Positions 1 through 10,155 of a DNA stretch of 64,000 nucleotides are shown here, piece after piece. Below the pieces are notes generated by a model. The model ran no database searches, was not told where the DNA came from, and saw only the letters and a program-made list of their open reading frames with translations. The stretch's first letter is position 1. The number at the start of each line of letters is the position of its first letter. This stretch comes from a virus: positions 64,001 through 128,000 of IMG/VR virus record IMGVR_UViG_3300021478_000015; one strand, 5' to 3'. The translations under genes were made by a program, and so were the position numbers.

Positions 1-1521
1 CTGCCGGAGTCCCTCCGCAAGATCCTGAAGGAGCGCCAGCCCGAGTGGGAGTACAAGAAGCTGGTCAACGCCTACCCCGAGCTTCTGGCCTTCCTGGCCG
101 ACGACGCCCGCATGCCGGTGTCCAACATCCTGCTCAAGCAGATCAAGTTCAAGGCCGACACCTTCCATCCCCGCGGCGTGCCCATCCTGATGCGAGGCTT
201 CCGGGCCGTCTTCCAGGAGGAGATGCTGAACGCGGCCCAGGACGCCATCGCCTCCCGGCTGTACACCCCGCTCATCCTGGCCAAGATCGGAGCCTCGGCT
301 ACTGATCTGGGCACCCAGTACCCCTTCATCCCCACCTCGGCCGACCTGGCCGACTTCGAGGAGGCCCTGGACGAGGCTCTGGCCGCCGACTTCCGGGTGT
401 TGACCCACCACTTCGCCCTGACCATGGAGTCGGTGTTCGGCCGCGAGGTCATGCCCGATCTCAGCGGGGACTTCGATCGCCTGGCCGAGCGCCAGCTACA
501 GGTCTTCGGCATCTCCAAGACCATGCTATCCGGAGCCCAGAATGGTGAGACCTACGCTGCTGACGCCTTGAACCTGGACATCATGAGTCAGCTATTGGGC
601 GGGGCACAACGGCTGATAAAGAGATTCTTCAAAGAGCGAGCATTGGTGGTAGCCGAAGCTCAGCAGCACTGGGATTACGAGATAAGAGGTGGCAAGAAGT
701 ACCCGGTGATGGAGGAGGTCCTCGAAGTGGATGAGGAGACCGGTGAGAAGCGCATCATCGAGCAGCCCAAGCTGTTGGTGCCTGATCTGGTCCTCAAGTC
801 CATGGACATGAAGAACGACACTCTGCGCCGCCAGCTACTCGAAGAGCTACGCAGCACCGGGGTGCCCATTTCCATGAAGACCCGACTTACCAACATCGAC
901 ATCGATCTGGACGACGAGATCGAGCAAACCCGCGACGAGCAGATCAAGATCGCGGTGGCCACCCAAGAGACCCGCCGGGACACCTTCTCCGCCCTCACCG
1001 CCCAGGGCCTGCCTATCCCCGAGGACCTGGAGACCGACTTCCGGGCCAAGGCCATCGACGCTGAGGAAGGCGGTCCAGCGGCCGAGCAGTTACCCCCGCC
1101 CAACATGGCCATGGATCCCGCCGGAGGAGCCCCCACTGCTCTGGTCCCTGGTCCCGAGGACTATGCCATGGCTGACCAGGCCGAGGAGGAAGGTGGGCTG
1201 CCACCTGACACCGGAGCCGCCACCGGGGCAGTACCACCGAGCCCGCCTCTAGCCACCATCATCCCCCTGCCGCGCCAGCGCATGCGCCCTGAGGAGTCCG
1301 ACGAGCGCCGAGGGGACATGCCCAAGCGATCTGCCCTCTTCAACAGCGATGACATCGTCTTCGATCCCTGGGTGGCCAAGGCGGTCATCAGGGGTGACGA
1401 CGGCGAGGACCATGAAGAGGGTGCCCACCGGCTGATCACCGGCCCGGCTCACATCGGCATGCGCCGCTACGTCCGCCTCGATCCCACCGAGCCCCTGCCG
1501 GACGCTGAATCAGAGCGATGA
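1..1521 (+). CDS. Portal protein, Bxz1/cluster-C-like (5' end lies outside the window)
   Basis: Frame is open from base 1 (LPESLRKILKERQPEWEY...). Motifs PVSNILLKQIKF, HPRGVPILMRGFR and EEMLNAAQDAIASRLYTPLILAK recall cluster-C-type portals; acidic Pro-rich C-terminus; sits upstream of head genes. Confidence 0.75.
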   Translation: MPESLRKILKERQPEWEYKKLVNAYPELLAFLADDARMPVSNILLKQIKFKADTFHPRGVPILMRGFRAVFQEEMLNAAQDAIASRLYTPLILAKIGASATDLGTQYPFIPTSADLADFEEALDEALAADFRVLTHHFALTMESVFGREVMPDLSGDFDRLAERQLQVFGISKTMLSGAQNGETYAADALNLDIMSQLLGGAQRLIKRFFKERALVVAEAQQHWDYEIRGGKKYPVMEEVLEVDEETGEKRIIEQPKLLVPDLVLKSMDMKNDTLRRQLLEELRSTGVPISMKTRLTNIDIDLDDEIEQTRDEQIKIAVATQETRRDTFSALTAQGLPIPEDLETDFRAKAIDAEEGGPAAEQLPPPNMAMDPAGGAPTALVPGPEDYAMADQAEEEGGLPPDTGAATGAVPPSPPLATIIPLPRQRMRPEESDERRGDMPKRSALFNSDDIVFDPWVAKAVIRGDDGEDHEEGAHRLITGPAHIGMRRYVRLDPTEPLPDAESER

Positions 1522-1529
1522 AGGGGTGA
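1494..1529 (+). promoter_or_regulatory. Putative late promoter motif, copy 1
   Basis: CCTGCC-N11-CAG-N5-TGAAG-GGGTGA, same spacing as six other copies; ATG at 1534. Confidence 0.6.
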
Positions 1530-1533
1530 GGCC

Positions 1534-4500
1534 ATGCCTTTCTCTTCCTTCCCTCACCTGCGAAAGACGGCCCGAGCCGAGGCCAACGTGGCCAGCCGCG
1601 ACTACCCCGAGCTTGAAGAGGTGCTGGTCGAGAGGCCCCCGCCTAACTCTCACCAGGCCAAGGGCGTGGACGGCCTGTGCGCCCTCTGTAACGCCGAGCC
1701 TGCCACCCAGGAGATCTCCGGGACCACCGTAGGGGAGCGCTGCGCCGAGCACCTCATGGGCGTCCCTGGGGCCGGTACAGCCCCTCCTGAGTTCGGTCAG
1801 GCCATCTATGGCAGCCGAGAAGTTGTGGATAAGTTGTATCCGAAGACCGGCGGGATCCTGGACTGGCTGGACCGCAAGATCGGTCCTCTGGCCCCTCCCC
1901 AGGGCAACCGATGGAGCTTTGACTGGTGTCGGTACCGCCATGACTCCCACTGCTTCTACCCCTCCGGGCTCGATCCGCAGGCCACCTCCCTGGCGGGCTA
2001 CGCCGTCTGGTCCCCTCAGGACCGAGGCACCTGCCCTCGCATCTCCTGGGAGTCCCAGGAGGCCTGCCCTATCGGCGCGCCCGGTCCCAACTCCGGGGTA
2101 TCCGGAGCCGCCCCCGACGCTTACACCCTGCAGCAACCGGCTCGACCCCGAGGGTTCCTCAACCGGCTCTTTGGATCGCTGGATCAAAAGGATCCGGATT
2201 TCCGTTTTCACTTCATAGCAACCTGGGCTGATGTCAGAGCTAAGGCCAATGAGCTAAAGACAACGGGTTGTGTAAGGATCATCAGTTCTCCCACTGCTAC
2301 GAATCCGTATACGATGGCCGAGGTTAAGAGCGGTGATCGTGTTTATCAAACTACTATTCTTCGCACCCTTGGGGGCAGATCGGTAGCTGGGTGGGAATGC
2401 ACCTGTGCATGGGCGCATTATGCTTGGGGTAGATCAGGTAGATGGCAGAGATTCGAGGGACGTATGTGCTCTCATGCCTTGGCTACTTATATGACTCCGA
2501 AGAAAACCCCGGAGTACGATAAGACTAAGGAAGTGGATGAGAAGAATAAGTGGCCTGAGCCTTATCGAAGTCCCTTAGGACCATCTCCGGTTATCCCTGT
2601 TACTACGCAAACATTCTCACCGGGGGATCCAATACCAGAGTTTAAACCCTCTGACAAAATGCAGAGGTATCTTGAAACAGGCACATCTGCAGAGAAGGAT
2701 CGAGAAGGTAATCCTATTGAGAACTGGAGACAAGACATATCCAAGCGGGAGCCTGAGGTTCTGCAATGGATGGAGGATTACGAGAAGCGGGGCAGCCTTC
2801 ACAAGCTGAGCAACTTCTCCCCTGAGCGACCCATCGCCATGGAGGTCGAGGCTCGCCTGGAGGCCGGTGAGCACCCCAATGTGGTCCTGAGCTACCTGCG
2901 GGAGGCCGGAGCCCCCTGGCCGGAGTACATCCTCACCGAGGCCATGCAGAAGCCCTTCATCGCCCGCGATCCGGCCGATGAGCTACATACCATCGTCCAT
3001 CTGGACGGGGGTGAGGCGGTCACCGACGCTGGGGAGCGGATCCCGGCCGAGCACCTGTTCCATCCGGAGTTCGACTGGCATAGCGGGCTGGAACCTCCGG
3101 CGCAGCTTCAGTCGCATGCTGCGAAGATCCAGCGGGACCCCAGTCCCCACCTCAATGCTGACGGCAGCGTTCACTCCGGGGTCATGATCGCCCTGGTTCC
3201 ACCGGACAAAGTGCGTCAGAACCTGGCGGTTGAAGACGGCGAGACCCCGGAAAACATGCACGTCACCGTTGGGTATCTGGGCAAGAAGGACAGCGTTGAC
3301 CCCGACGCTCTCCATCGAGCCGTCTCTTCCTTTGCCAAGGAGGCCCCGCCGCTTCGGGGCAAGGTCTCCGGCTTCGGCAACTTCGAAGTGGATCCCGATC
3401 GTAACGATGGCTATTCCCATGCCCATGTCGGCCTGGTGGACATCCCCGGCATCTCGGGCTTCCGCTCCAAGCTCGAAGAGCATCTCGGGCGCGAGGGTCT
3501 CAAGATCAACGACGAACATGGTATTCAGCCACATCTGACAGTCGCTTACGGCCATGAGCCTGCCGAGTACGACCAGATGCCCGATACCACCGACCATTTT
3601 GATCTCCCTCACGTCACCGTGGGCCATGGCGGTGAATGGACCCATTATCCCCTCGAAGGCAGCCCGCCCGTGCCAAAAGAGGGCATGCTGCGCTGGGTGG
3701 CGGTGGGAGGCTACGGCGACCTGCTGGCTCCGCACTGGCAGCCCTCTGAGCCAGCCCAGGGCCGGGGCCGCGGTCGGGCGCACAATCCCGATGCCACCAA
3801 GTTCTCCACCTACGACCCGAACTTCCAGAAGAAGATCTCCACTCAGTTCCATGACAACGTGCCGTCCGAACTCGGCGTCAACAGTCATAAGGACTTGGTC
3901 GAGAACATCAAGGGCATGTACCGGGAGGCCAAGAAGACCAATCCCAATGCGGTGCGAGCCGGGATGTCCTGGTACCGGGATGCTCACAACTTCAACAAGC
4001 AGCTAGCCGATAAGCACCCGGATGGGAACCTGAGGAAAGCTCTCGGTATGACGGCGGCTTTGTCGCCGCAGAACCACTGGGAGGAGAACAAGACTCAGGC
4101 CGAGTACATCCACCATCACCTGAGCGCCGATCCGGACTCCGAGGATGGCCGGTTCAACATCTCGACCGAGCACGCCCAGGCGGCCATGGACAAACAAGCC
4201 GAGCAGGCCAGCGTGGTCAAAGGCAATCGTCAGGTGCAGCAACTTACGCCGGGCAAGCGCTTTGCCGACATGAGCCATGAAGAGGCGGCCCACTCCCTCA
4301 AGGCCCAGGCCCAGTACACCCACCAGTTGAAGGTCCCCGGCCGCCTGAAGAACAACGGCGAGCCCTGGTCGGCCACCTTCGCCAACGGCACCGGGGCGAT
4401 CACCAAGGCAGTGCGGATCCATCGCGGCGAGGATCCCGATGATGTCCTGCAGGGTCACAAGGTCCGTTCTTTCTTCAACAACATGGCGGATCACACCAAC

Positions 4501-5964
4501 CGTAAGAAGCAGGACGATCTCACTATCGACACCCATGCAGTCTCGCTGGCGGCCGGAGCCAAGTTCGGAGCCAGCGCCCCGGAGATCAAGACCATGTTCG
4601 CCAATGGGGCCAACAAGGAGCAGAATGTCACCGGCACCTACGGTTACTTGGCCGATGCCTACCGCAAGGCCCACAAGGATCTGGTGGACTCCGGCGAGAT
4701 GCCCAAGACCAGTTCGCCCCATCACCTGCAGGCCGTCACCTGGACCCACTGGCGCGACATCAACGACGAGCCCGGTCCGCTGAAGGAAGCCAACAAGGGC
4801 CGCTTCCGCGACTACTCCGGTGAGAACGCCGCCCGGCTGAAGAAGTTCCGCCAGGAGCGGGCGCAGAGCCAACAGGTGGCCGCCAGCATTCACTGGGCGG
4901 CCGATGACACCGATCCTGACGATTCTGGCGACCTGCTCGATCCCACCGCCTACGACCCCGACGCCATCGATCCGGACTTCGATCCGGACCTGGCTGACGA
5001 GGCCGAGCAGGCTGAGTGGGATGCCGAGCCCGAGGAGATGGCCCAGCGCCAGGCCGAGCGCACCGAGAGCGATGCCCTGGCCCGGCGGAATGACCACGGT
5101 CAGCTACCCCGCATCTCCATGCTGCATTGGTCAAGTGTCCAAGACAGCGGGATTTCCGAGGATGTCGATCCCGGCACCGCCGATGCCATGGACGAGGCCT
5201 CATCGGTGCAGAAGGCCTACAACGACGAGGCGGAGGCGGCTCAGGATGACTGGTACTTCAACCAGCCCAACAACACCAAGCCCTTCGCGGACAACTCGGC
5301 CAACGTCCCCACCTACATGAGCGCCCTCCCCCATGGGGCCTCGATGGTGCGTTGGGGTGCGGAGGCGGCCGAGGAGATGCTCAGAGACGAGCCCGAGGGG
5401 GCCTTGCCCTCTACGGACGGTGGAGCGCCCTCAGAGGACTGGGAGGCCCAGCACTCCACCACGGCCGCCGATCCCATCAGCGCCGGTCCTGCGGGCTTTG
5501 GGAGCCCTTTGGACCCCGGCTACAGCCATGAGGACCTGGGCTACCCCGAAGCCGACGAAGCGGTTCTGCGGCCATCCGGCGGGCCAGGGGCCGGGTCCTT
5601 CATGAACAAGATGGAAGACCAGTTCACATCGCTGGACGCGACAGGCTCTCTGGACCCCGGAGCCGGGAGTAGAGCTTGGCTGCTTCAAGGAGATCCCTCT
5701 CGAAATGCTGGTGGTGACCAGGGCATCAGGGATTCCGACATCGCAGCCATGGCTCGGCGCTTCTTAGATACGGGTGAGCTACCCGAGGGGTCGGGACCGC
5801 AAGCCAAGGTGGCGGCCAAGGTGTTCTCTCCGGCCGAGCAGCAGGAGTTGATCCAGGAGGGCTCAGACGGCACCAGGGCCTCCAACCTCGATCGCCTGCA
5901 GTTGGAGGGCACCCACTACCAGCCGGACGAAGACGAGGAACTTGAGGGGCTCTTTGATGCCTGA
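1534..5964 (+). CDS. Polyvalent head-associated protein: SWIM Zn finger + 2H phosphoesterase + DUF7178/HhH-glycosylase-like domain
   Basis: SWIM motif CTC...CSHALA (about 2395-2485); two HxT motifs HVTV and HLTV (about 3175-3660); WYRDAH...AALSPQNHWEEN...KVRSFFNNM...TIDTHA...LQAVTW (about 3950-4760); acidic linkers. Confidence 0.7.
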   Translation: MPFSSFPHLRKTARAEANVASRDYPELEEVLVERPPPNSHQAKGVDGLCALCNAEPATQEISGTTVGERCAEHLMGVPGAGTAPPEFGQAIYGSREVVDKLYPKTGGILDWLDRKIGPLAPPQGNRWSFDWCRYRHDSHCFYPSGLDPQATSLAGYAVWSPQDRGTCPRISWESQEACPIGAPGPNSGVSGAAPDAYTLQQPARPRGFLNRLFGSLDQKDPDFRFHFIATWADVRAKANELKTTGCVRIISSPTATNPYTMAEVKSGDRVYQTTILRTLGGRSVAGWECTCAWAHYAWGRSGRWQRFEGRMCSHALATYMTPKKTPEYDKTKEVDEKNKWPEPYRSPLGPSPVIPVTTQTFSPGDPIPEFKPSDKMQRYLETGTSAEKDREGNPIENWRQDISKREPEVLQWMEDYEKRGSLHKLSNFSPERPIAMEVEARLEAGEHPNVVLSYLREAGAPWPEYILTEAMQKPFIARDPADELHTIVHLDGGEAVTDAGERIPAEHLFHPEFDWHSGLEPPAQLQSHAAKIQRDPSPHLNADGSVHSGVMIALVPPDKVRQNLAVEDGETPENMHVTVGYLGKKDSVDPDALHRAVSSFAKEAPPLRGKVSGFGNFEVDPDRNDGYSHAHVGLVDIPGISGFRSKLEEHLGREGLKINDEHGIQPHLTVAYGHEPAEYDQMPDTTDHFDLPHVTVGHGGEWTHYPLEGSPPVPKEGMLRWVAVGGYGDLLAPHWQPSEPAQGRGRGRAHNPDATKFSTYDPNFQKKISTQFHDNVPSELGVNSHKDLVENIKGMYREAKKTNPNAVRAGMSWYRDAHNFNKQLADKHPDGNLRKALGMTAALSPQNHWEENKTQAEYIHHHLSADPDSEDGRFNISTEHAQAAMDKQAEQASVVKGNRQVQQLTPGKRFADMSHEEAAHSLKAQAQYTHQLKVPGRLKNNGEPWSATFANGTGAITKAVRIHRGEDPDDVLQGHKVRSFFNNMADHTNRKKQDDLTIDTHAVSLAAGAKFGASAPEIKTMFANGANKEQNVTGTYGYLADAYRKAHKDLVDSGEMPKTSSPHHLQAVTWTHWRDINDEPGPLKEANKGRFRDYSGENAARLKKFRQERAQSQQVAASIHWAADDTDPDDSGDLLDPTAYDPDAIDPDFDPDLADEAEQAEWDAEPEEMAQRQAERTESDALARRNDHGQLPRISMLHWSSVQDSGISEDVDPGTADAMDEASSVQKAYNDEAEAAQDDWYFNQPNNTKPFADNSANVPTYMSALPHGASMVRWGAEAAEEMLRDEPEGALPSTDGGAPSEDWEAQHSTTAADPISAGPAGFGSPLDPGYSHEDLGYPEADEAVLRPSGGPGAGSFMNKMEDQFTSLDATGSLDPGAGSRAWLLQGDPSRNAGGDQGIRDSDIAAMARRFLDTGELPEGSGPQAKVAAKVFSPAEQQELIQEGSDGTRASNLDRLQLEGTHYQPDEDEELEGLFDA

Positions 5965-6310
5965 TGTCGAGCGCCATCCCGAGGGTGATGTCGAGGACGT
6001 GGTCTCCGGCTACCGGGTGTACAAGCCCTTCGTTCCGCATGTCCTGGACGAGGAACTGGCCACCGAGCTTGGCCGGGACAAGGTCGATATCGCCTTTGAG
6101 GGTGATCCGGCCACTGCCTCAGAGGATGAGCCGGTCATCATCTACATCCCTCATGACATCCCGGTCAAGCAGGTCACCCGCATCCTGGCCGCCCATGAGA
6201 CTGCTCCGGCGGTGGATGCCTTGGCTGATGTCAGGGGAAAGTTGGAGCGAGACGAAGAGCTAAGTGATCGTGAGGTCAGGGCTGTTCTCAAGTTCTTGCT
6301 GGGGATCTGA
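5957..6310 (+). CDS. Hypothetical protein, probably virion
   Basis: Overlap-coupled to both neighbours; start moved to ATG 5957. Confidence 0.6.
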   Translation: MPDVERHPEGDVEDVVSGYRVYKPFVPHVLDEELATELGRDKVDIAFEGDPATASEDEPVIIYIPHDIPVKQVTRILAAHETAPAVDALADVRGKLERDEELSDREVRAVLKFLLGI

Positions 6311-7305
6311 TGGCCACATCCATCTCAGCCCGGAACTACTCCTCTACCACTCTGCCCACGCAGATCACCACCAATATCGATAATCAGACCACCACCAATA
6401 ACATTCCGGTGGTATCCACTGCTGGCTATCCTCCGGCTCCTTTCACCGGTTGTTTCGAACGCAATACCATCAATCAAGAGTTCTGTCTGGTCACTGGCAT
6501 TCCTGATGCCTATCACTTCACTGTGGTTCGAGGGTATGACGGTACTCCTCCGGTGCAACACCTGGCCCCGGCCACATTCGAGCATTGTGTCGGAGCCATT
6601 GACTACCGCGAGGCCAACTGGCATCACACCGACAACACCCGCGACGATCACCTCCAGTATCTCCTGACCAACGGGTCGAGGCCCTCCACCGGCCCGCAGG
6701 CCTTTCCGGCTGGGATCAGCACCAACATCCTGTCGGTGGCCGGGAACACCCCTGGCTCCTACGTGGCCACTCGGTACGTCGGAGGGACGGCCGGTCCTGG
6801 GCCGCCGGGAGCGGGGACCTATCAGGTAGGGGACTGGGCGCTCGACACCATCAACTCCCGCTGGCTGTGCGTGCTGGCTGGCACCCCCGGTACCTGGATC
6901 CCTGAGACCGGCCATGTCTACGCCCGTGTCTATGGACCTGCTGCATCTACAGACATCGTCAATACCACCATCAATGTACTGACCTATACCTTCACTGCAG
7001 TGAAGGGCGTGCAGTATGTGGTGGATGCTCGGTTCCAGGCCTCGATAGTCACGGCTCTTCCTAACTACGTCAACTCCGCCTTGTATTGCTCGGGTGGATT
7101 GCTGACGCCTACGGTTTACATCTGCAGCTTCAACTCGGCGGCGTTGGCTGTAGGTGGGGCCTTCAATGGATCAGCGACGGCAGCCTTGAACATTCCGGCG
7201 GCTACGGCCACTGTCACTCTGACCTTGCAAGCCACCTCATCGGGAGCCGGAGCAGCGGCCAGGTGTGGAGGATACAACGGTGAACTGATCTTGAGGAGAG
7301 GCTGA
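6310..7305 (+). CDS. Fibre-like minor virion protein, paralog 1
   Basis: N-terminal GYPxxPFT...EF..VT.....F.VVRGYDGT...H module typical of actinophage minor tail proteins; G/T/A-rich; GPPGAGTYQVGDW...W.C..AGTPGTW motif. Confidence 0.7.
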   Translation: MATSISARNYSSTTLPTQITTNIDNQTTTNNIPVVSTAGYPPAPFTGCFERNTINQEFCLVTGIPDAYHFTVVRGYDGTPPVQHLAPATFEHCVGAIDYREANWHHTDNTRDDHLQYLLTNGSRPSTGPQAFPAGISTNILSVAGNTPGSYVATRYVGGTAGPGPPGAGTYQVGDWALDTINSRWLCVLAGTPGTWIPETGHVYARVYGPAASTDIVNTTINVLTYTFTAVKGVQYVVDARFQASIVTALPNYVNSALYCSGGLLTPTVYICSFNSAALAVGGAFNGSATAALNIPAATATVTLTLQATSSGAGAAARCGGYNGELILRRG

Positions 7306-8300
7306 TGCCCACCGCTATCTCGGCTCGCAACTTCAATAACACCGCTCCTCCCACCAACATCACCGCCAACATCGACAATGCCCTGACCACCACCAACATC
7401 CCGGTCACCTCCACCGCCGGATATCCTCCGGTCCCCTTCACCGGCTGCCTGGAGCGCAACACCCTCAACCAGGAGTTCGTGCTGGTCACCAACGTCATCG
7501 ACGCCAACCACTTCAGCGTGGTGCGCGGCTACGACGGCACCCCGGCCATCAACCACGTCGCCCCAGCCACCTTCGAGCACTGCACCGGAGCCATCGACTT
7601 CCGGGAGGCCAACCAGCACCATACCGACACCACCAGGGACGACCACCTGCAGTACGTGCCGACCAATGGCTCCCGAGCCATCACCGGGCCACAGACCTTC
7701 AACGCCGGGATCAGCGCCCAGACCTTGGCTCTGGCCGGATTCCCCGGTGCCAACATCGCCACCCGATACGTGGGCGGCACTGGTCCTACCGCTCAGGGTC
7801 CGCCAGGAGCGGGGACCTTCCTGGTCGGTGACTGGGTCCGCGACATCGTTGGGGTGGTCTGGACCTGCGTGGTGGCTGGCTCTCCGGGCACCTGGATACC
7901 TGAGTGCGGTCGCACCATATGGAACGTCAAGGGGCCAGGCGCGCCCATGGACGTGGTCAACACCACCCGGACCCTGATCTCTCACACCTTCTCAGCGGTG
8001 AAGAACGTTCAGTACATCGCTAATGTGAGCATCCAGGGAACCATCGTCACGGCTATTCCTGGTTACATCAACTGTGTTGTCACCGGATCAGCCGGGACAT
8101 TGACCGGAAGCATTTTCGTGATGTCCTACAATGCTACGGCGTTGGCGGTAGGTGCTGTCATGGGCGGCAGCTTGACCATTGGGCTCAACGTGCTCGGGGC
8201 TACGGCCAATACCACCATCACGGTGACGGCAGCAGCATCTATTCATGGGGCCTATCGATTGGGTGCAGGGGCGGCGCAGTTGATGATCTGGAGAGGCTGA
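7305..8300 (+). CDS. Fibre-like minor virion protein, paralog 2
   Basis: Co-linear full-length paralog of 6310..7305 (both 331 aa); TGATG coupling. Confidence 0.7.
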   Translation: MPTAISARNFNNTAPPTNITANIDNALTTTNIPVTSTAGYPPVPFTGCLERNTLNQEFVLVTNVIDANHFSVVRGYDGTPAINHVAPATFEHCTGAIDFREANQHHTDTTRDDHLQYVPTNGSRAITGPQTFNAGISAQTLALAGFPGANIATRYVGGTGPTAQGPPGAGTFLVGDWVRDIVGVVWTCVVAGSPGTWIPECGRTIWNVKGPGAPMDVVNTTRTLISHTFSAVKNVQYIANVSIQGTIVTAIPGYINCVVTGSAGTLTGSIFVMSYNATALAVGAVMGGSLTIGLNVLGATANTTITVTAAASIHGAYRLGAGAAQLMIWRG

Positions 8301-9302
8301 ATGGCTACTCCCATCGCGGTCAGGAACTACTCCTCCACCGCTCTTCCCACCCAGATCAGCACCAATATCGACAACCAGTTGACCACCACCAACATCCCGG
8401 TGGTCTCCACGTCGGGATATCCACCGGCTCCTTTCACTGGCTGCTTCGAGCGTAATACCATCAATCAGGAGTTCGTACTGGTCACGGGTGTTCCCGATGG
8501 GTTTCACTTCATCGTGGTGCGGGGTTATGACGGCACGCCTCCAGTGCAGCATCTCGCTCCAGCTACCTTCGAGCACTGTGTGGGTGCCATCGATTATCGA
8601 GAAGCGAACTGGCATCACACTGACACCACTCGGGATGATCATCTGCAGTATGTCCCAGCTAATGGATCGAGGCCTTTCACCGCCCCTATGTCGGCTCCGG
8701 GCGTAGCCTCGAACCTGACCGGCACCAGTGGACGTTATGTCGGTGTGACCCACGGGGCTCCCACCGGAACCAGCGTGACCTATCAGGTCAACGACTACGC
8801 CAGTGATCCTACGAATCATTGCTTCTGGTATTGCACTACGGCAGGCGCGCCGGGGACCTGGACATCTTCCTTGGTCCTCCCCGCCGCCCGACTCTTTGCC
8901 TCAGCGCAGACGGTGATAGGAGTCAACGCCTATGCTCAGGTCGTCTCATTAGCTCAGGATCACGCGGTGGGTGGATGTACGACAGCCTCCAACGCCATCA
9001 AGCTTCCTATCAGTGGGATCTACCGGGTGTCCTGTGCGATCATGTGGCAAACCAGCAACAATCCAGCGGGAGCAGGTCGTTACGTCGCGGCTATCTTTCG
9101 TAATGGAGCCATGGTTCGACAGTACAATCAATACACCTATGGATCGGCATTTGCTCATCCTGGGGGGTCAGATACCGGGCAGTACGCCGCTAATGATCTC
9201 ATTACTCTTTACGGCTGGCAGGGCAGTAGTGGGGTAGAAGGCACTTATGCTGGTTCGCCGTACACGTATATTGCTGTTGAGTTTGTGAGCATGCTCTCAT
9301 GA
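8301..9302 (+). CDS. Fibre-like minor virion protein, paralog 3, with C1q-like C-terminus
   Basis: First about 125 aa nearly identical to 6310; unrelated C-terminus with IKLPISGIYRVSCAI (C1q/TNF-like). Confidence 0.7.
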   Translation: MATPIAVRNYSSTALPTQISTNIDNQLTTTNIPVVSTSGYPPAPFTGCFERNTINQEFVLVTGVPDGFHFIVVRGYDGTPPVQHLAPATFEHCVGAIDYREANWHHTDTTRDDHLQYVPANGSRPFTAPMSAPGVASNLTGTSGRYVGVTHGAPTGTSVTYQVNDYASDPTNHCFWYCTTAGAPGTWTSSLVLPAARLFASAQTVIGVNAYAQVVSLAQDHAVGGCTTASNAIKLPISGIYRVSCAIMWQTSNNPAGAGRYVAAIFRNGAMVRQYNQYTYGSAFAHPGGSDTGQYAANDLITLYGWQGSSGVEGTYAGSPYTYIAVEFVSMLS

Positions 9303-9318
9303 CGCGAAAGGTTGTGGC

Positions 9319-10155
9319 ATGACCATTTACGTGCAGATGGACAACTCGGCTGCCGTCGAGCATTACCGAGATGATCCTGACTCCGAGGAACTCAAGACTC
9401 GCGCCTTGACCGGCGAGCGTATCTTCGAGATCTCCTTTCCCGATGGTGACGAGGAGAACCCCGTCACTCTGCGGGAGATGATCATGACCACCATGGCCAC
9501 CTACCGGCATCACCAGGAGGCCGGGAACACCGAGGGCCGTGCTCTGGTCCGGCCCAGGTGGGTGCGCTCCAATGACGATCGGCTGGAGGCTGCCCTGGTC
9601 GATGAGTACCGCATCACCAAGAACGAGATCCCGAGTGGCTTCGGCTCCGAGCATGGCTCCTGGGATCAGGTGGCCATGCCCTCCCTGCGGACCATCACCC
9701 AGACGGCCAGCTTGCTCAGCCTGAGCTTGTACGTCTTGGCCGCCTGGAGCCTGTTCCGCCTCACCCGGCTCAACCTGAGGACCACGGTCGGGCGCGACTG
9801 GCAGGCCAACCTCATGGGCAACCCGGCCAACAATGGCACCGGGGTCTACGCCGCGGCCGCCTGGATCGGGCTCACCGCCGACAGCACTGCGCCCACCTTG
9901 GCCGACACGGTCTTGCCGGGCGAGATCATCTCAGGTACCTTGACCCGTGCCCAGGGGGCCTACGGGCATACCACCGGAGCAGCCAGCTATACGGTCAGCA
10001 AGCTGTTCGTGTCCGACCAGAGCATCACCATTCCTAAGATCGGAATCTTCAATGGTCCTACCGGTGGGTCACCATTCATCGAGACCATGTTGTCGGCTAC
10101 TGCAGTATTGAACTCGGGGGACCAGTTGCAGATAGTCTCAACTGTCACTTTGTAG
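9319..10155 (+). CDS. Minor virion structural protein
   Basis: C-terminal IGLTADSTAPTLADTVLPGEI...KIGIFN...LNSGDQLQI.. beta-domain of the phage tail/baseplate type. Confidence 0.55.
   Translation: MTIYVQMDNSAAVEHYRDDPDSEELKTRALTGERIFEISFPDGDEENPVTLREMIMTTMATYRHHQEAGNTEGRALVRPRWVRSNDDRLEAALVDEYRITKNEIPSGFGSEHGSWDQVAMPSLRTITQTASLLSLSLYVLAAWSLFRLTRLNLRTTVGRDWQANLMGNPANNGTGVYAAAAWIGLTADSTAPTLADTVLPGEIISGTLTRAQGAYGHTTGAASYTVSKLFVSDQSITIPKIGIFNGPTGGSPFIETMLSATAVLNSGDQLQIVSTVTL

Noticed and set aside
2983-5097. Long minus-strand ORFs here and at 13924-14985, 24378-25448, 38945-40024, 44636-45766 and 54540-55616
   Set aside because: Antisense shadows of GC3-biased plus-strand genes, with no recognisable motifs.
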